The notes: generated by a model not told the origin, from the sequence alone. Positions 9,713-18,332 are shown, counted from the stretch's first letter. The stretch is 64,000 nucleotides of DNA from Candidatus Kerfeldbacteria bacterium (GCA_016193315.1 JACPSJ010000001.1:91981-155980); one strand, 5' to 3'. Program-made: numbers and translations.

Positions 9713-11524
9713 CTAGACGGCGGCCACTCTTTCGTCCAGCCGGCGCTGTCGAACCTCAGACACGAAGGCCACCAGCTCATCGCCGACCTGGATGATTGGG
9801 TCGCCTTCGACTTTCAGCCCAGCTTCGTTCCCGACGGTGACCGTCTCGGTGTTCTGTTTGTTCTGCTGCAGCTGCGTGATTTTGCTTCTGGTCAAGGTTT
9901 GGCCCTGACGGATGACGTCGACGCCGGCGCTGGCCCGCATGTGGCCGGTGGTGACTTTACCGCCGACGACTTGGAACGTATTCTCATGGCGAAAAACAGC
10001 CAGAATCTTCAGCCGGCCGATCTCTTTTTCCTCGGCCACCGGCTGCAACATCGTTTCCAGCTGCGCTTGGACGTCGTCGAGTAGGTCGTAAATGACCTTG
10101 AATGACCTGATCGTCAAACCCTTGCTGCGAGCCAACTGGTCGGCTTTCGGAGAGATCGGAACATTGAATCCATAGATCGCTGCTTTTGCCACCTCGGCTC
10201 GCAAGACTTCAGTTTCGGTGATGATGCCCAAGCCCCGCTGCACGATCTCGACGCCCACCTCGGGATGGACGAACTTCTTCAGTGACTCGGTGATGGCTTC
10301 GGCCGAACCGAGGGTGTCGGTCTTGAGGATGACGTGTAGTTTCTCAACCCGCGGTTTCTTATCCGTCTCCTTTTTTTCGCCTTTCTTGCTAATGACCGTG
10401 GGACGTCGTCCCACCACGGTTTGGAGATGATGGACAATCTGGTGACCCCTCACTTTTTTCTTCAACTCACGAACCTCATCAGGAGCGACGCGTAGAATGT
10501 CGCCGATTTGCGGCGCGGCCTTGAGACCCAGGATTTGAACCGGCGTGGAGGGCGTGGCGGCGGCGATCGGTTGTCCGCGGTCAGTTTTCATCGATCGGAC
10601 TTTACCCCAGACCTGACCGACGAGCACGTCATCGCCGAGGTGAAGCGTGCCAGCGTGGATCAAGACCGAGGCCAGCGGCCCCTGCTGCGGGTCAACGTGC
10701 GACTCAATGATCGTCCCCACCGCCGGTCGGTTCGGGTTGACCATCATCGCCTCGGGATGAACGTCCGCCAACAGCAGGACCGACTCCAGCAGTTCGGGTA
10801 GCCCGGCCTTTGTTTTGGCCGAGGCGAGAACCACCGGCGTTTGGCCACCGAACTCTTCGATCAGCACCTTATGTTCCGCCAATTCCTTCTTCACTCGCTC
10901 CGGCTGAGCCTCGTCTTTGTCCGTTTTAGTCAGAGCCACGATGTACGGAATGCCAGCGTGATGAATAATATCGAGCGCTTCCAGGGTTTGCGGTTTGACG
11001 CCGTCATCCGCGGCCACCACTAGGATGGCCACGTCGGCAATTTTGGCTCCCCGCGCGCGCATTTGGGCGAAGGCTTCATGTCCTGGCGTGTCGACAAAAG
11101 AAACCTGTCGTCCGCGGTCGGTGATTTGGTAAGCGCCGATGCGCTGGGTGATACCGCCGGCTTCACCGGCCGTGACTGCGGTTTGACGAATGGCGTCGAG
11201 GAGCGACGTCTTGCCGTGGTCAACATGGCCCATGACCACCACCACCGGTGGGCGAGCCACTAGCTTAGTCCCAGCCTTTTCCTTCAAGTATTGATCGACC
11301 GTCTGCGCCGGGGCGGCCGCTTCTTCCGCCGACTGCAGCTCGACTTTCTTCCCCAAGTCCTCGGCGATGATGACCGCGGTGTCGAAGTCAATCTCCTCAT
11401 TGAGGGCGGCCATAATGCCGTTCTTGATCAACTCGGCGGTGACGGTGGTGATCGGTAAACTAAGTTTAGCCGCTAAGTCGCGGACGATGATGGTGGGAGG
11501 GATTTTGACTATCGATTCCGGCAT
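9713..11524 (-). CDS. infB: translation initiation factor IF-2 (short form lacking long N-terminal domains)
   Basis: 603 aa. G domain VVVMGHVDHGKTSLLD, DTPGH, TKTDK; C-terminal beta-barrel domains. Confidence 0.9.
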   Translation of the reverse strand: MPESIVKIPPTIIVRDLAAKLSLPITTVTAELIKNGIMAALNEEIDFDTAVIIAEDLGKKVELQSAEEAAAPAQTVDQYLKEKAGTKLVARPPVVVVMGHVDHGKTSLLDAIRQTAVTAGEAGGITQRIGAYQITDRGRQVSFVDTPGHEAFAQMRARGAKIADVAILVVAADDGVKPQTLEALDIIHHAGIPYIVALTKTDKDEAQPERVKKELAEHKVLIEEFGGQTPVVLASAKTKAGLPELLESVLLLADVHPEAMMVNPNRPAVGTIIESHVDPQQGPLASVLIHAGTLHLGDDVLVGQVWGKVRSMKTDRGQPIAAATPSTPVQILGLKAAPQIGDILRVAPDEVRELKKKVRGHQIVHHLQTVVGRRPTVISKKGEKKETDKKPRVEKLHVILKTDTLGSAEAITESLKKFVHPEVGVEIVQRGLGIITETEVLRAEVAKAAIYGFNVPISPKADQLARSKGLTIRSFKVIYDLLDDVQAQLETMLQPVAEEKEIGRLKILAVFRHENTFQVVGGKVTTGHMRASAGVDVIRQGQTLTRSKITQLQQNKQNTETVTVGNEAGLKVEGDPIIQVGDELVAFVSEVRQRRLDERVAAV

Positions 11525-11581
11525 CGTCAGAGCCCGGAAAGAATACGGAAAAAAGCGCTGATTGTCAATCCCGTTAGAGTC

Positions 11582-11622
11582 AAAAATATTCCTGAGACAT
11601 CATGACTCAATGAATGTCTCAG
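11582..11622 (-). terminator. rho-independent terminator of the 11685..13847 gene
   Basis: On the minus strand: CTGAGACAT-N13-ATGTCTCAG hairpin followed by AATATTTTT. Confidence 0.55.
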
Positions 11623-11684
11623 ACAGAAAAAGCCGGTCTATAATCTTCTGTGTCTCGCGACGCTAGCGGGATTGGCGTCTACTG

Positions 11685-13847
11685 TTACTGAACGACGACG
11701 GTTTGATCAGGACCGAAGGCGCACGCTCCGGCCGCGGTGCAAGCCCGGATGCGGAAATGATAGGTGGTTTTGAATTCGGCGTAAAACGACGTCCGGTGAG
11801 ACGAGGCCAGGGTGTTCTGGAATGTTTGGCCGGAAGAATATGAATCGGTTAGACCCTGGAAGAGAGCCGTGTAGGCCGCTTCCGATGTCGTCCAGGTGAC
11901 CGTCACCGAGTTGTTCTGGATGGTGGTCTTGATGTTCTTGATGGTCGGGCTGGTTGGCAGTCGCCCCGGGCCGTTCGGGTTGTAGCCGTTGGCCGCCTCC
12001 TCGCCGTCGGGGTAGCCGTCTTGATCGCTGTCACGTGAGTAGGCCTGGGTTTGGAACAGCGATTCCTCCATGGTCGACAAGCCATCGCCATCGTCATCCT
12101 TGGCTTCGGCTGCGCGCTGCTGATCCATTTTTGTTTGCTGGGCTTGTTGTTCGTCAGTTTGCTCTTGTGGCTGCGTTTCTTCGTATGGCGTTTTCTTCTC
12201 AATCGAAATGTCTTTGCTCGTGGCCGTGTTCAGTCCCTCAACGTGCTCTTCTTTATAGTAGCTTTCGACTTTATCGGTGATCTTCATCTGGTACGTTAAC
12301 CGGTAGTCATCAGCTTCGGTTTTGTACCCGAACGTTTTGCCAGTGTAGAGGTCGATAATACTCAAGCTCTTGACTAAGCCGGGCACAGAGTATTGGCAAT
12401 CATACTCGATCGAGTCGAAATCAACGCGGCCAGCATTCGTATTCTTGTTAGCCGTTGCTCGCCGTTCGCAATCTTGACTGATGGTCTTGATGCCAGCCAC
12501 CAGCTCGGCCAGCGTCGCCGGGTAACGGTTATTGGATTTCTGGTATACGCGGAGGGCCTGCAGTACATCCTGCACCCGATTCCTTTGTTTTTCGAATTTC
12601 TGCTGATCCTCACTGACGCCGGTTACCAGCCGCACCGCCTCGTCGTAGCCGATGGTCGAGGCCGGGGGGCTGATAGTCAATCGCTGGTTGACTTTCTCCA
12701 GGGTAAACTCCAGCCCCAGACGGATCTGCTTGCCTTTGAGGCGCTCGTTGTCAGCGGTGGGGACAACAATCAAATTCCAGCGGACTTGACGCAGATACCC
12801 GGTGACGCGATCGATCCAAATTTCAAATCGTGAGTTGGCTACCAAACTCCTCAACAGTTCTTGTGTCTCTGGTCGTTCCAGGTCGGCGATGATTTTGTCG
12901 AATCGCTTGACGTCCTCCTCCTGGCCCTGCCGCTCATCGCGGAGCGCCCGATAGACCTCATCGATCTGATCCGTGTCGACGGCGATCAGGTAGTGTTCTG
13001 ACCGCACGCCGCCAACGGTCTCGGCGGCCAGTTTCTGCTTGACGGAGAATACTTTCCCATCCAGGGCGCGCTGGAGAGCCTGCTGCAACGTGGCGATGGC
13101 CGCTTTGGTGTCGGCCTGCTCGAGCGTATCTTCGGTCAGGAAATCAAAACCATCTTGGGGCGTAATTCTGACCCACTTCTCCTTCACGCCGGAGAGGTCG
13201 AGAAAGAAGAAGCTGGGGAACTTCCGGATAATACCGTAGATGATTTCGTCTTTCTTTAGGGCCTCAATGTTGACCGCCACCAGCGTGTCTCCGCCGGCGT
13301 AGGTAGCGTCGATGCGTAATCGGCCGTCCGCCTCTTTGACTGGTTGATCAGCTTCTAGGTACAGGCTGACACCGCCAGTAAAGTTGATGTCACTGGGGAT
13401 GGTGCGGAGTGCCGTGTCCGGATCAAACAGTCCGAGGTATAAACCAAGCGGCCCCTCCCCTTCCGGCAGCAGGCCGTTGATATTCTGGTTCGGCTTGATG
13501 GCGATGGGTTTTGATTGACCATCGTGCGGTTCCGCCTTGATCGTGAGCCGGACTGAGTATTCCGCGTTCTCGATCTGGCTGATCGAATCGATCATCTTGC
13601 CAAACAGCGCGTCCGCCTTGGGAGTTAAGAACGGGATCGATAGGTAGCCGCGGCTATACGCCACGTAACCGCCGCCGAGCAGGCCGCCGGCAACGACCAA
13701 GACAATGGTGAACCAGACCCACCGTTTGCCCCGGCCGGCCGGTGGCGATTCCGGCTGGACCCTCATCGAGGGCACCGTCATGCCGCCAGGCGCGTCAGGC
13801 AAGTGGAGCGGTGTTTCAGGCGCCGGCGGAGCAGTTTGTTGATTCAC
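11685..13847 (-). CDS. large membrane-anchored exported protein with a pseudopilin-like segment, acidic DxDxDG Ca-binding-like repeats and a C-terminal FN3-like beta domain
   Basis: 720 aa. N-terminal TM (WVWFTIVLVVAGGLLGGGYVAY). Internal QALRVYQKSNNRYPATLAELVAG resembles the GspG/type IV pilin core. DDDGDGLS...DSDQDGYPDGEE resemble thrombospondin-type-3-like repeats. Confidence 0.55.
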   Translation of the reverse strand: MNQQTAPPAPETPLHLPDAPGGMTVPSMRVQPESPPAGRGKRWVWFTIVLVVAGGLLGGGYVAYSRGYLSIPFLTPKADALFGKMIDSISQIENAEYSVRLTIKAEPHDGQSKPIAIKPNQNINGLLPEGEGPLGLYLGLFDPDTALRTIPSDINFTGGVSLYLEADQPVKEADGRLRIDATYAGGDTLVAVNIEALKKDEIIYGIIRKFPSFFFLDLSGVKEKWVRITPQDGFDFLTEDTLEQADTKAAIATLQQALQRALDGKVFSVKQKLAAETVGGVRSEHYLIAVDTDQIDEVYRALRDERQGQEEDVKRFDKIIADLERPETQELLRSLVANSRFEIWIDRVTGYLRQVRWNLIVVPTADNERLKGKQIRLGLEFTLEKVNQRLTISPPASTIGYDEAVRLVTGVSEDQQKFEKQRNRVQDVLQALRVYQKSNNRYPATLAELVAGIKTISQDCERRATANKNTNAGRVDFDSIEYDCQYSVPGLVKSLSIIDLYTGKTFGYKTEADDYRLTYQMKITDKVESYYKEEHVEGLNTATSKDISIEKKTPYEETQPQEQTDEQQAQQTKMDQQRAAEAKDDDGDGLSTMEESLFQTQAYSRDSDQDGYPDGEEAANGYNPNGPGRLPTSPTIKNIKTTIQNNSVTVTWTTSEAAYTALFQGLTDSYSSGQTFQNTLASSHRTSFYAEFKTTYHFRIRACTAAGACAFGPDQTVVVQ

Positions 13848-13891
13848 GGGGCGTGTTTTCGTCGGGTGTAGCTAAGTCCAGATTACCATGT

Positions 13892-14533
13892 TCAGGCGGC
13901 CGATGTCACTGGTGGCAGCACCCTAACCTCAATTCCGGCTGGCACCAATGATTTGAATTTCTTGGCGTCGTCGACAGAGCCAATGATCGTACCGTAGTGC
14001 ATCGGGATAGCGATTTTCGGTTTGATTCGGACGGCTGCTTGGGCCGCTTCGTCAGCCGTCATGACATACGTTCCGGACACCGGCAGCAGAGCGATGTCGC
14101 AGTGGATGTGATCCATCTCCGGGATCAAGTCGGTGTCACCGGCGTGGTAAATCCGCCAGCCGTCGATGGCTAAGATGTACCCCACCCGCCGGTCGGCTGG
14201 GGGGTGGAACCTCTTGCCGATGTTGTACGCCGGGACAGCTTCGATTATTACGCCTTTCATTTCTAGCCGCTCGCCCGGCTGAAGAACAGTGCGTTTTCCG
14301 GGCAGCGGTTGGTTGGCGCACACCCGGGGTGCGATAACCGCGGTCGTGGTGGCCGCCACCTTCTCGACGTCCTCGACCGAACAATGGTCGAAGTGCTCAT
14401 GGGTAATACAAACAAAATCCGCCGGCTCAGCGCCGGCCGGTAGTTTCCAGGGGTCCAGGTAGACCGTTATCTGTCCGTTGGAAATTTGGAACGCGTCGTG
14501 TCCGTACCAGTGCAACTGTGGCTCCGTGGCCAT
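13892..14533 (-). CDS. MBL-fold metallo-hydrolase (UPF0173-like)
   Basis: 213 aa. HxHxDH motif (ITHEHFDHC). Confidence 0.75.
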   Translation of the reverse strand: MATEPQLHWYGHDAFQISNGQITVYLDPWKLPAGAEPADFVCITHEHFDHCSVEDVEKVAATTTAVIAPRVCANQPLPGKRTVLQPGERLEMKGVIIEAVPAYNIGKRFHPPADRRVGYILAIDGWRIYHAGDTDLIPEMDHIHCDIALLPVSGTYVMTADEAAQAAVRIKPKIAIPMHYGTIIGSVDDAKKFKSLVPAGIEVRVLPPVTSAA

Positions 14534-14535
14534 GG

Positions 14536-15276
14536 TTAAATCTGACGCTGACGACCGACGATGACCCCTAGTTTCTGCGGCGCGACTTCAATGGTCCGCG
14601 GCGCCTTGAGCACGATTTGGCCGTCGAGCAGCAGGCTGGCGGCCGGGGCCGAACTGGCGATGGTGGCTCGGCGGATGAGGAAGACGCTGGACGGTCCGTA
14701 ATGACGGCGCCAGAGCGACCAGCCATGGGCGTCCGACTTGACGATCAGCTCCAGCCGGCCGTCAGTCGGCCGCCTCTCGAGGTCGTCAGAGCCGAGGTTG
14801 CCGATGACAAAGGTATTGGCTGGATCAACTGAGGCCACCGTATATTGGCCGTCACACTCAACCCGCTCGACGGCGGTCAGCCGCGCATCGCGGAGGAAAT
14901 ACTGATTGTCTACTTTTCCGACGTCCAGGTGGCGGATGATTCGGCGCGACAGCACGTCGCAAGCCGCCAGCCCGGTCGGAATACCGAGCGCCGCGGCGAT
15001 TGTTTGCGGCTGCCCGAACGGAATCAATCCGAGCGTCACGCCACCATCAACAACCAACGGTAAAAGTTTCGTGACCGTCTGGTCGTTGCCGACCGCGACG
15101 ACCGTCGTGGCGCCGCGACGAATAGCCTCTTTTGCCGCCTCGGCGAGATTCTTCAAGATGGTAATTTTTTCGAAACGTCCTTGGATGCCGAGCTGGGCCA
15201 AGCGGTTTTCGATGCGGAGGAGTTCGGTTTGATATTTCTTGTCGTGGAGGAAGCCGTCGACGAGGTAGGCGTACAT
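14536..15276 (-). CDS. diacylglycerol-kinase catalytic-domain (DAGK_cat/YegS-like) protein with degenerate catalytic motifs
   Basis: 246 aa. The fold pattern matches DAGK_cat, but the canonical GGDGT is GNDQT and the second glycine-rich motif is GQPQT. Confidence 0.55.
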   Translation of the reverse strand: MYAYLVDGFLHDKKYQTELLRIENRLAQLGIQGRFEKITILKNLAEAAKEAIRRGATTVVAVGNDQTVTKLLPLVVDGGVTLGLIPFGQPQTIAAALGIPTGLAACDVLSRRIIRHLDVGKVDNQYFLRDARLTAVERVECDGQYTVASVDPANTFVIGNLGSDDLERRPTDGRLELIVKSDAHGWSLWRRHYGPSSVFLIRRATIASSAPAASLLLDGQIVLKAPRTIEVAPQKLGVIVGRQRQI

Positions 15277-15282
15277 ACTTGT

Positions 15283-15663
15283 CTAGCCCTTGGTCGGCGG
15301 GGCGGGTTCCTGATTGGCCATGGTGATTTTTCCGTGGAGGATTGCGCCGTGTGCGACCACAATGCTCTTCGTGTCGACGTTGCCAAAAATCTTGGCCGTC
15401 GAAGCCAACTCGATCTTTCCCTGGCACTTGATGTGGCCACGGATTTCGCCGGCCACGGTAATGTTAGCGGCTTCGACTTCGGCTTTGACCACAGCTCCTG
15501 GCCCGACGCGTAGGCTCTTACTCGTTTTTAGACTACCGGCCACGTGGCCCTCGACCACGACATCCCCCCCGCCGACAAAATTCCCATCAACTTTAACCGT
15601 TGAGCCGATAATCGTCTCCACATCCCGCCCATGCTCGCTACTGTCTTTGGCGAACATCCCCAT
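15283..15663 (-). CDS. bactofilin family polymer-forming cytoskeletal protein
   Basis: 126 aa. Repetitive beta-helical pattern (VDGNFVGGGDVVVEGHVAGSL...ANITVAGEIRGHIKCQGKIEL) typical of DUF583/bactofilin. Confidence 0.75.
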   Translation of the reverse strand: MGMFAKDSSEHGRDVETIIGSTVKVDGNFVGGGDVVVEGHVAGSLKTSKSLRVGPGAVVKAEVEAANITVAGEIRGHIKCQGKIELASTAKIFGNVDTKSIVVAHGAILHGKITMANQEPAPPTKG

Positions 15664-16283
15664 TGACTCCGATGCTCAGTGTTGAGAAAAACGTGGCTAT
15701 TGTACGCTGTGCAGGCTCGGCTGTCAACGAAATTTTGTGCCGAAAAAAGGTTGGCTTAGGAAAGTAACCAATGTTTTGCTGTGACTCGCACTAGTGTATG
15801 ACTTTCATTTAGCTGCCAGTAGACTTCTCCGACGCCGGTACTCACGACATCAGAAAGCATCGGATTAACAAGCTCAGAATATTTATTGGGGCAATGAGGG
15901 GTTCGGCCGCCAAGTTCGCATTAGGGAAAAGCAAATGCACAATAACTTCGATACTGTATGGTAGTTAGAGCGATTGGAACAGGATTGTCGTCTGATGTCA
16001 AGGTAAGTGTACTTTCGGAGTGTCGCATAGTCAGGTAAACTAGGCGCTGCATGGCAGTGGACAACATCAAACAAGACCTTATAAGGCTGCTGATCATTTC
16101 AGTCTTTCTAGTGGCAGCATTCATTAGTTTGAAAATCGTAGACAGCCACACTAGTAGAATTGATCAAGTTGGCAGGACCCTGTGGGAAAGGGTGGTTGAT
16201 GAGAAATCAGGGAGATAACATTTTGCGACACTATGTTTTCAATACGATAAAAATGGGTCTTAGGATTTATAAAGCACGATTGC

Positions 16284-16357
16284 GCCCCTGTAGTTCAATT
16301 GGATAGAACGGCCCCGTCCTAAGGGGCAAATCCTGGTTCAAGTCCAGGTAGGGGCAA
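16284..16357 (+). tRNA. tRNA-Arg (anticodon CCT)
   Basis: Cloverleaf built by hand: acceptor GCCCCTG/TAGGGGC, anticodon stem GCCCC/GGGGC, loop GTCCTAA. CCA not encoded. End coordinate is approximate (+/-2 nt). Confidence 0.75.
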
Positions 16358-16439
16358 AGCAAATGCGTATCTAAGACTCGTGTTTATCAGCACTGACGGG
16401 ATATAAATTGTCTGTAGACTTGCGTCCCGCGCCAATTTT

Positions 16440-16512
16440 GGGCCGTTAGCTCAGTTGGTAGAGCACTTCCATGGCATGGAAGGGGTCAGGAGTTCGAGTC
16501 TCCTACGGTCCA
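16440..16512 (+). tRNA. tRNA-Ala (anticodon GGC)
   Basis: Acceptor GGGCCGT/ACGGTCC with the G3:U70 Ala identity pair. Anticodon stem CTTCC/GGAAG, loop ATGGCAT. Confidence 0.85.
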
Positions 16513-16696
16513 GAATTGCGGCGGGAAGGCGACCGGTTCCACCCCGGTATGTTCCAGCAATGGCTCGGAAAGGTAAGGACTTTAGAGTCCAAACGGTCGA
16601 AAGCAGACACGACGTTCTTCCTATCGAGTTAGAACGTGATAAGGTTTCCAATGGTAATAACATAGATAATGCCATCCAAATGAGTAATTTTTTAGA

Positions 16697-16776
16697 TGTT
16701 CCACGAGGAACAATCAGGTATTAGGAGATGTTCCACGAGGAACAATCGCAAAAACGAAAATGTTCCACGAGGAACA
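16697..16776. promoter_or_regulatory. tandem array of three perfect 16-bp palindromes TGTTCCACGAGGAACA (20-nt conserved unit ATGTTCCACGAGGAACAATC/ATT) at exactly 32-bp spacing
   Basis: Copies at 16697-16712, 16729-16744 and 16761-16776. The first two share 20 identical nt. The third abuts the -35 of the promoter at 16777. Confidence 0.6.
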
Positions 16777-16805
16777 TTGACAAGAGAAAGGTAAAGTGTT
16801 ATAGT
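16777..16805 (+). promoter_or_regulatory. near-consensus sigma70 promoter, TTGACA-17-TATAGT
   Basis: TTGACA at 16777-82, a 17-nt spacer, TATAGT at 16800-05. No CDS downstream; the transcript would enter the tRNA-Ala fragment cluster. Confidence 0.5.
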
Positions 16806-16950
16806 ATGGGGAGTTCTCATTGATGACTCTTTGAATCAAGGTAATTTGCATAGTATCGCATTCGTACTCTCAAAAGCTGGGGATGTAGTTCACCCGTAAT
16901 TTCCTAGAGGGCGGGCAATGGCCGGGCATCTCATTCGTCCCCCACCATTT

Positions 16951-16990
16951 GGGCTCATAGCTCAATTGGTAGAGAACTGCATTCGACCAG
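16951..16990 (+). pseudogene. 5'-half tRNA-Ala-like fragment (acceptor + D arm + anticodon 5' stem, no T arm)
   Basis: GGGCTCATAGCTCAATTGGTAGAGAACTGCATTCGACC parallels tRNA-Ala(CGC) 17001.. through the anticodon loop, then diverges. Confidence 0.5.
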
Positions 16991-17000
16991 TACCTTTTCC

Positions 17001-17073
17001 GGGCCGTTAGCTCAGCTGGTAGAGCGCTGCATTCGCATTGCAGAGGTCAGCGGTTCGAATCCGCTACGGTCCA
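17001..17073 (+). tRNA. tRNA-Ala (anticodon CGC)
   Basis: Acceptor GGGCCGT/ACGGTCC (G3:U70). Anticodon stem CTGCA/TGCAG, loop TTCGCAT. Confidence 0.85.
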
Positions 17074-17079
17074 AAAAAG

Positions 17080-17240
17080 GTGCTGGACGGGGTTGGGGGT
17101 TCAAATCCCTCATCTCCACCAAACACAGGCAAGCAGGCGGGGCGCCGCAGTAGCATTGCGGAGTTGGCCGGTTCGATTGCGGCTGGGTCCAAATGGTGGT
17201 GTTTAGAGCTTCAGGGTTCAAATCGGCTAGACCCGCGGAC
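17080..17240 (+). repeat. three degenerate tRNA 3'-end (T-arm + acceptor) fragments in tandem
   Basis: GGGGGTTCAAATCCCTCATCTCCACCA; GGTTCGATTGCGGCTGGGTCCA (compare Ala 3' end GGTTCGAATCCGCTACGGTCCA); GGGTTCAAATCGGCTAGACCCG. Confidence 0.45.
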
Positions 17241-17254
17241 TATTTTCTGAAATC

Positions 17255-18088
17255 ATGGAGAAATTATTCATCAAGAATCGTCATAATCAGAAGTTAGCCG
17301 TTGTAGTTGAGAAAAGGCCGAGCCAAGCAGGGCTTGCTTTTGTCATGCACGGGCAGAGCGGATTTAAGGAACAACCCCACGTTCGAACGTTTATTGATGC
17401 ATTCCTAGAAAAAGGGTTTACGGTCGTCAGTTTTGATGTTGCAAACACCATTGGAGAGAGCGAAGGCAACGCGTCAGACGCAACCATCACGAGTTATTAC
17501 GAGGACTTAGTGGATGTTGTGAAATGGTCTGAATCACAAGAATGGTACGAAGAACCATTTGCTCTTGCTGGGCATAGCCTAGGAGGTATTTGTAGTGCTT
17601 TGTACGCGGAGAACCACCCCTCCAAAGTTAAGGCACTTGCGCCTATATCAACAGTTGTGTCGGGAAAACTAAGCTATGAAGCCCATCCGAAAGAAGAACT
17701 CAAAGAATGGAAGCGTACCGGGTGGCAAATAAAGCACAGTAAATCCAAGCCTGGCGTCACAATACGACTTCCTTGGTCAAATATGGAAGATCGTCTGAAA
17801 TACGATTTACTAAAAAAAGCGGGTCAGCTTACAATGCCAGTTTTGTTAATAGTTGGAGAAAAAGATGACGGGACTCCACCGAAACACCAAAAACTACTCT
17901 TTGATGCAATTCCGGGCAACAAAGAGCTTCATGTCATCAGGGATGCGCCACACACTTTTCGAGAAAAGGCACAGCTAGATGAGATTAAATATATATTTCT
18001 GAAGTGGATCGACAAAGTGAAAGCATTTGCCGCGAAAGAAAAATCGAATAAGATTGTTTCCCACGGCTTCGGTGGCGGAAAAACTTGA
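17255..18088 (+). CDS. alpha/beta-hydrolase fold protein (AT-rich, probably horizontally acquired)
   Basis: 277 aa. Nucleophile elbow GHSLGG. Visibly lower GC than the flanking sequence. Confidence 0.75.
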   Translation: MEKLFIKNRHNQKLAVVVEKRPSQAGLAFVMHGQSGFKEQPHVRTFIDAFLEKGFTVVSFDVANTIGESEGNASDATITSYYEDLVDVVKWSESQEWYEEPFALAGHSLGGICSALYAENHPSKVKALAPISTVVSGKLSYEAHPKEELKEWKRTGWQIKHSKSKPGVTIRLPWSNMEDRLKYDLLKKAGQLTMPVLLIVGEKDDGTPPKHQKLLFDAIPGNKELHVIRDAPHTFREKAQLDEIKYIFLKWIDKVKAFAAKEKSNKIVSHGFGGGKT

Positions 18089-18217
18089 AATTATCAAAAA
18101 GGACGTGGTTCGGTGGCGCCCCGAATTGCGATTTGAGGTGGTCCAAGACCGTTTTTCATTTTCCATTATCGTAAAAACTGTGGTCATGGTTAATGTAGTG
18201 GGGTTTGATTACCACTG

Positions 18218-18331
18218 GACTCAACCCCGTTAGCAGTGGCCGAAACGCGCTCTCTGAAAAAGGCAACGATTCTCGCACCATCTAACACTTTGACGGAAAC
18301 CTCCGCACTTCCACTTCTAACGGGGTTGACA
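18218..18331. repeat. inverted-repeat pair CAACCCCGTTAG ... CTAACGGGGTTGACA; the right arm supplies the -35 of the CsoR-like gene promoter
   Basis: Left arm 18222-18237, right arm 18308-18331. The same motif recurs at 29482-29602 and at 11552-11575. Confidence 0.4.
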
Positions 18332-18332
18332 A

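Noticed and set aside
16697-16792. Possible CRISPR array (regularly spaced repeats)
   Set aside because: Only three units. The repeat is a 16-bp palindrome with 16-nt spacers, too short and too few for CRISPR. There are no cas genes. Interpreted as an operator/iteron array instead.
17082-17122. Possible complete tRNA ending ...TCTCCACCA
   Set aside because: No complementary 5' acceptor strand (GTGGAGA/TGGAGAT) within 100 nt upstream. Treated as a 3' fragment.
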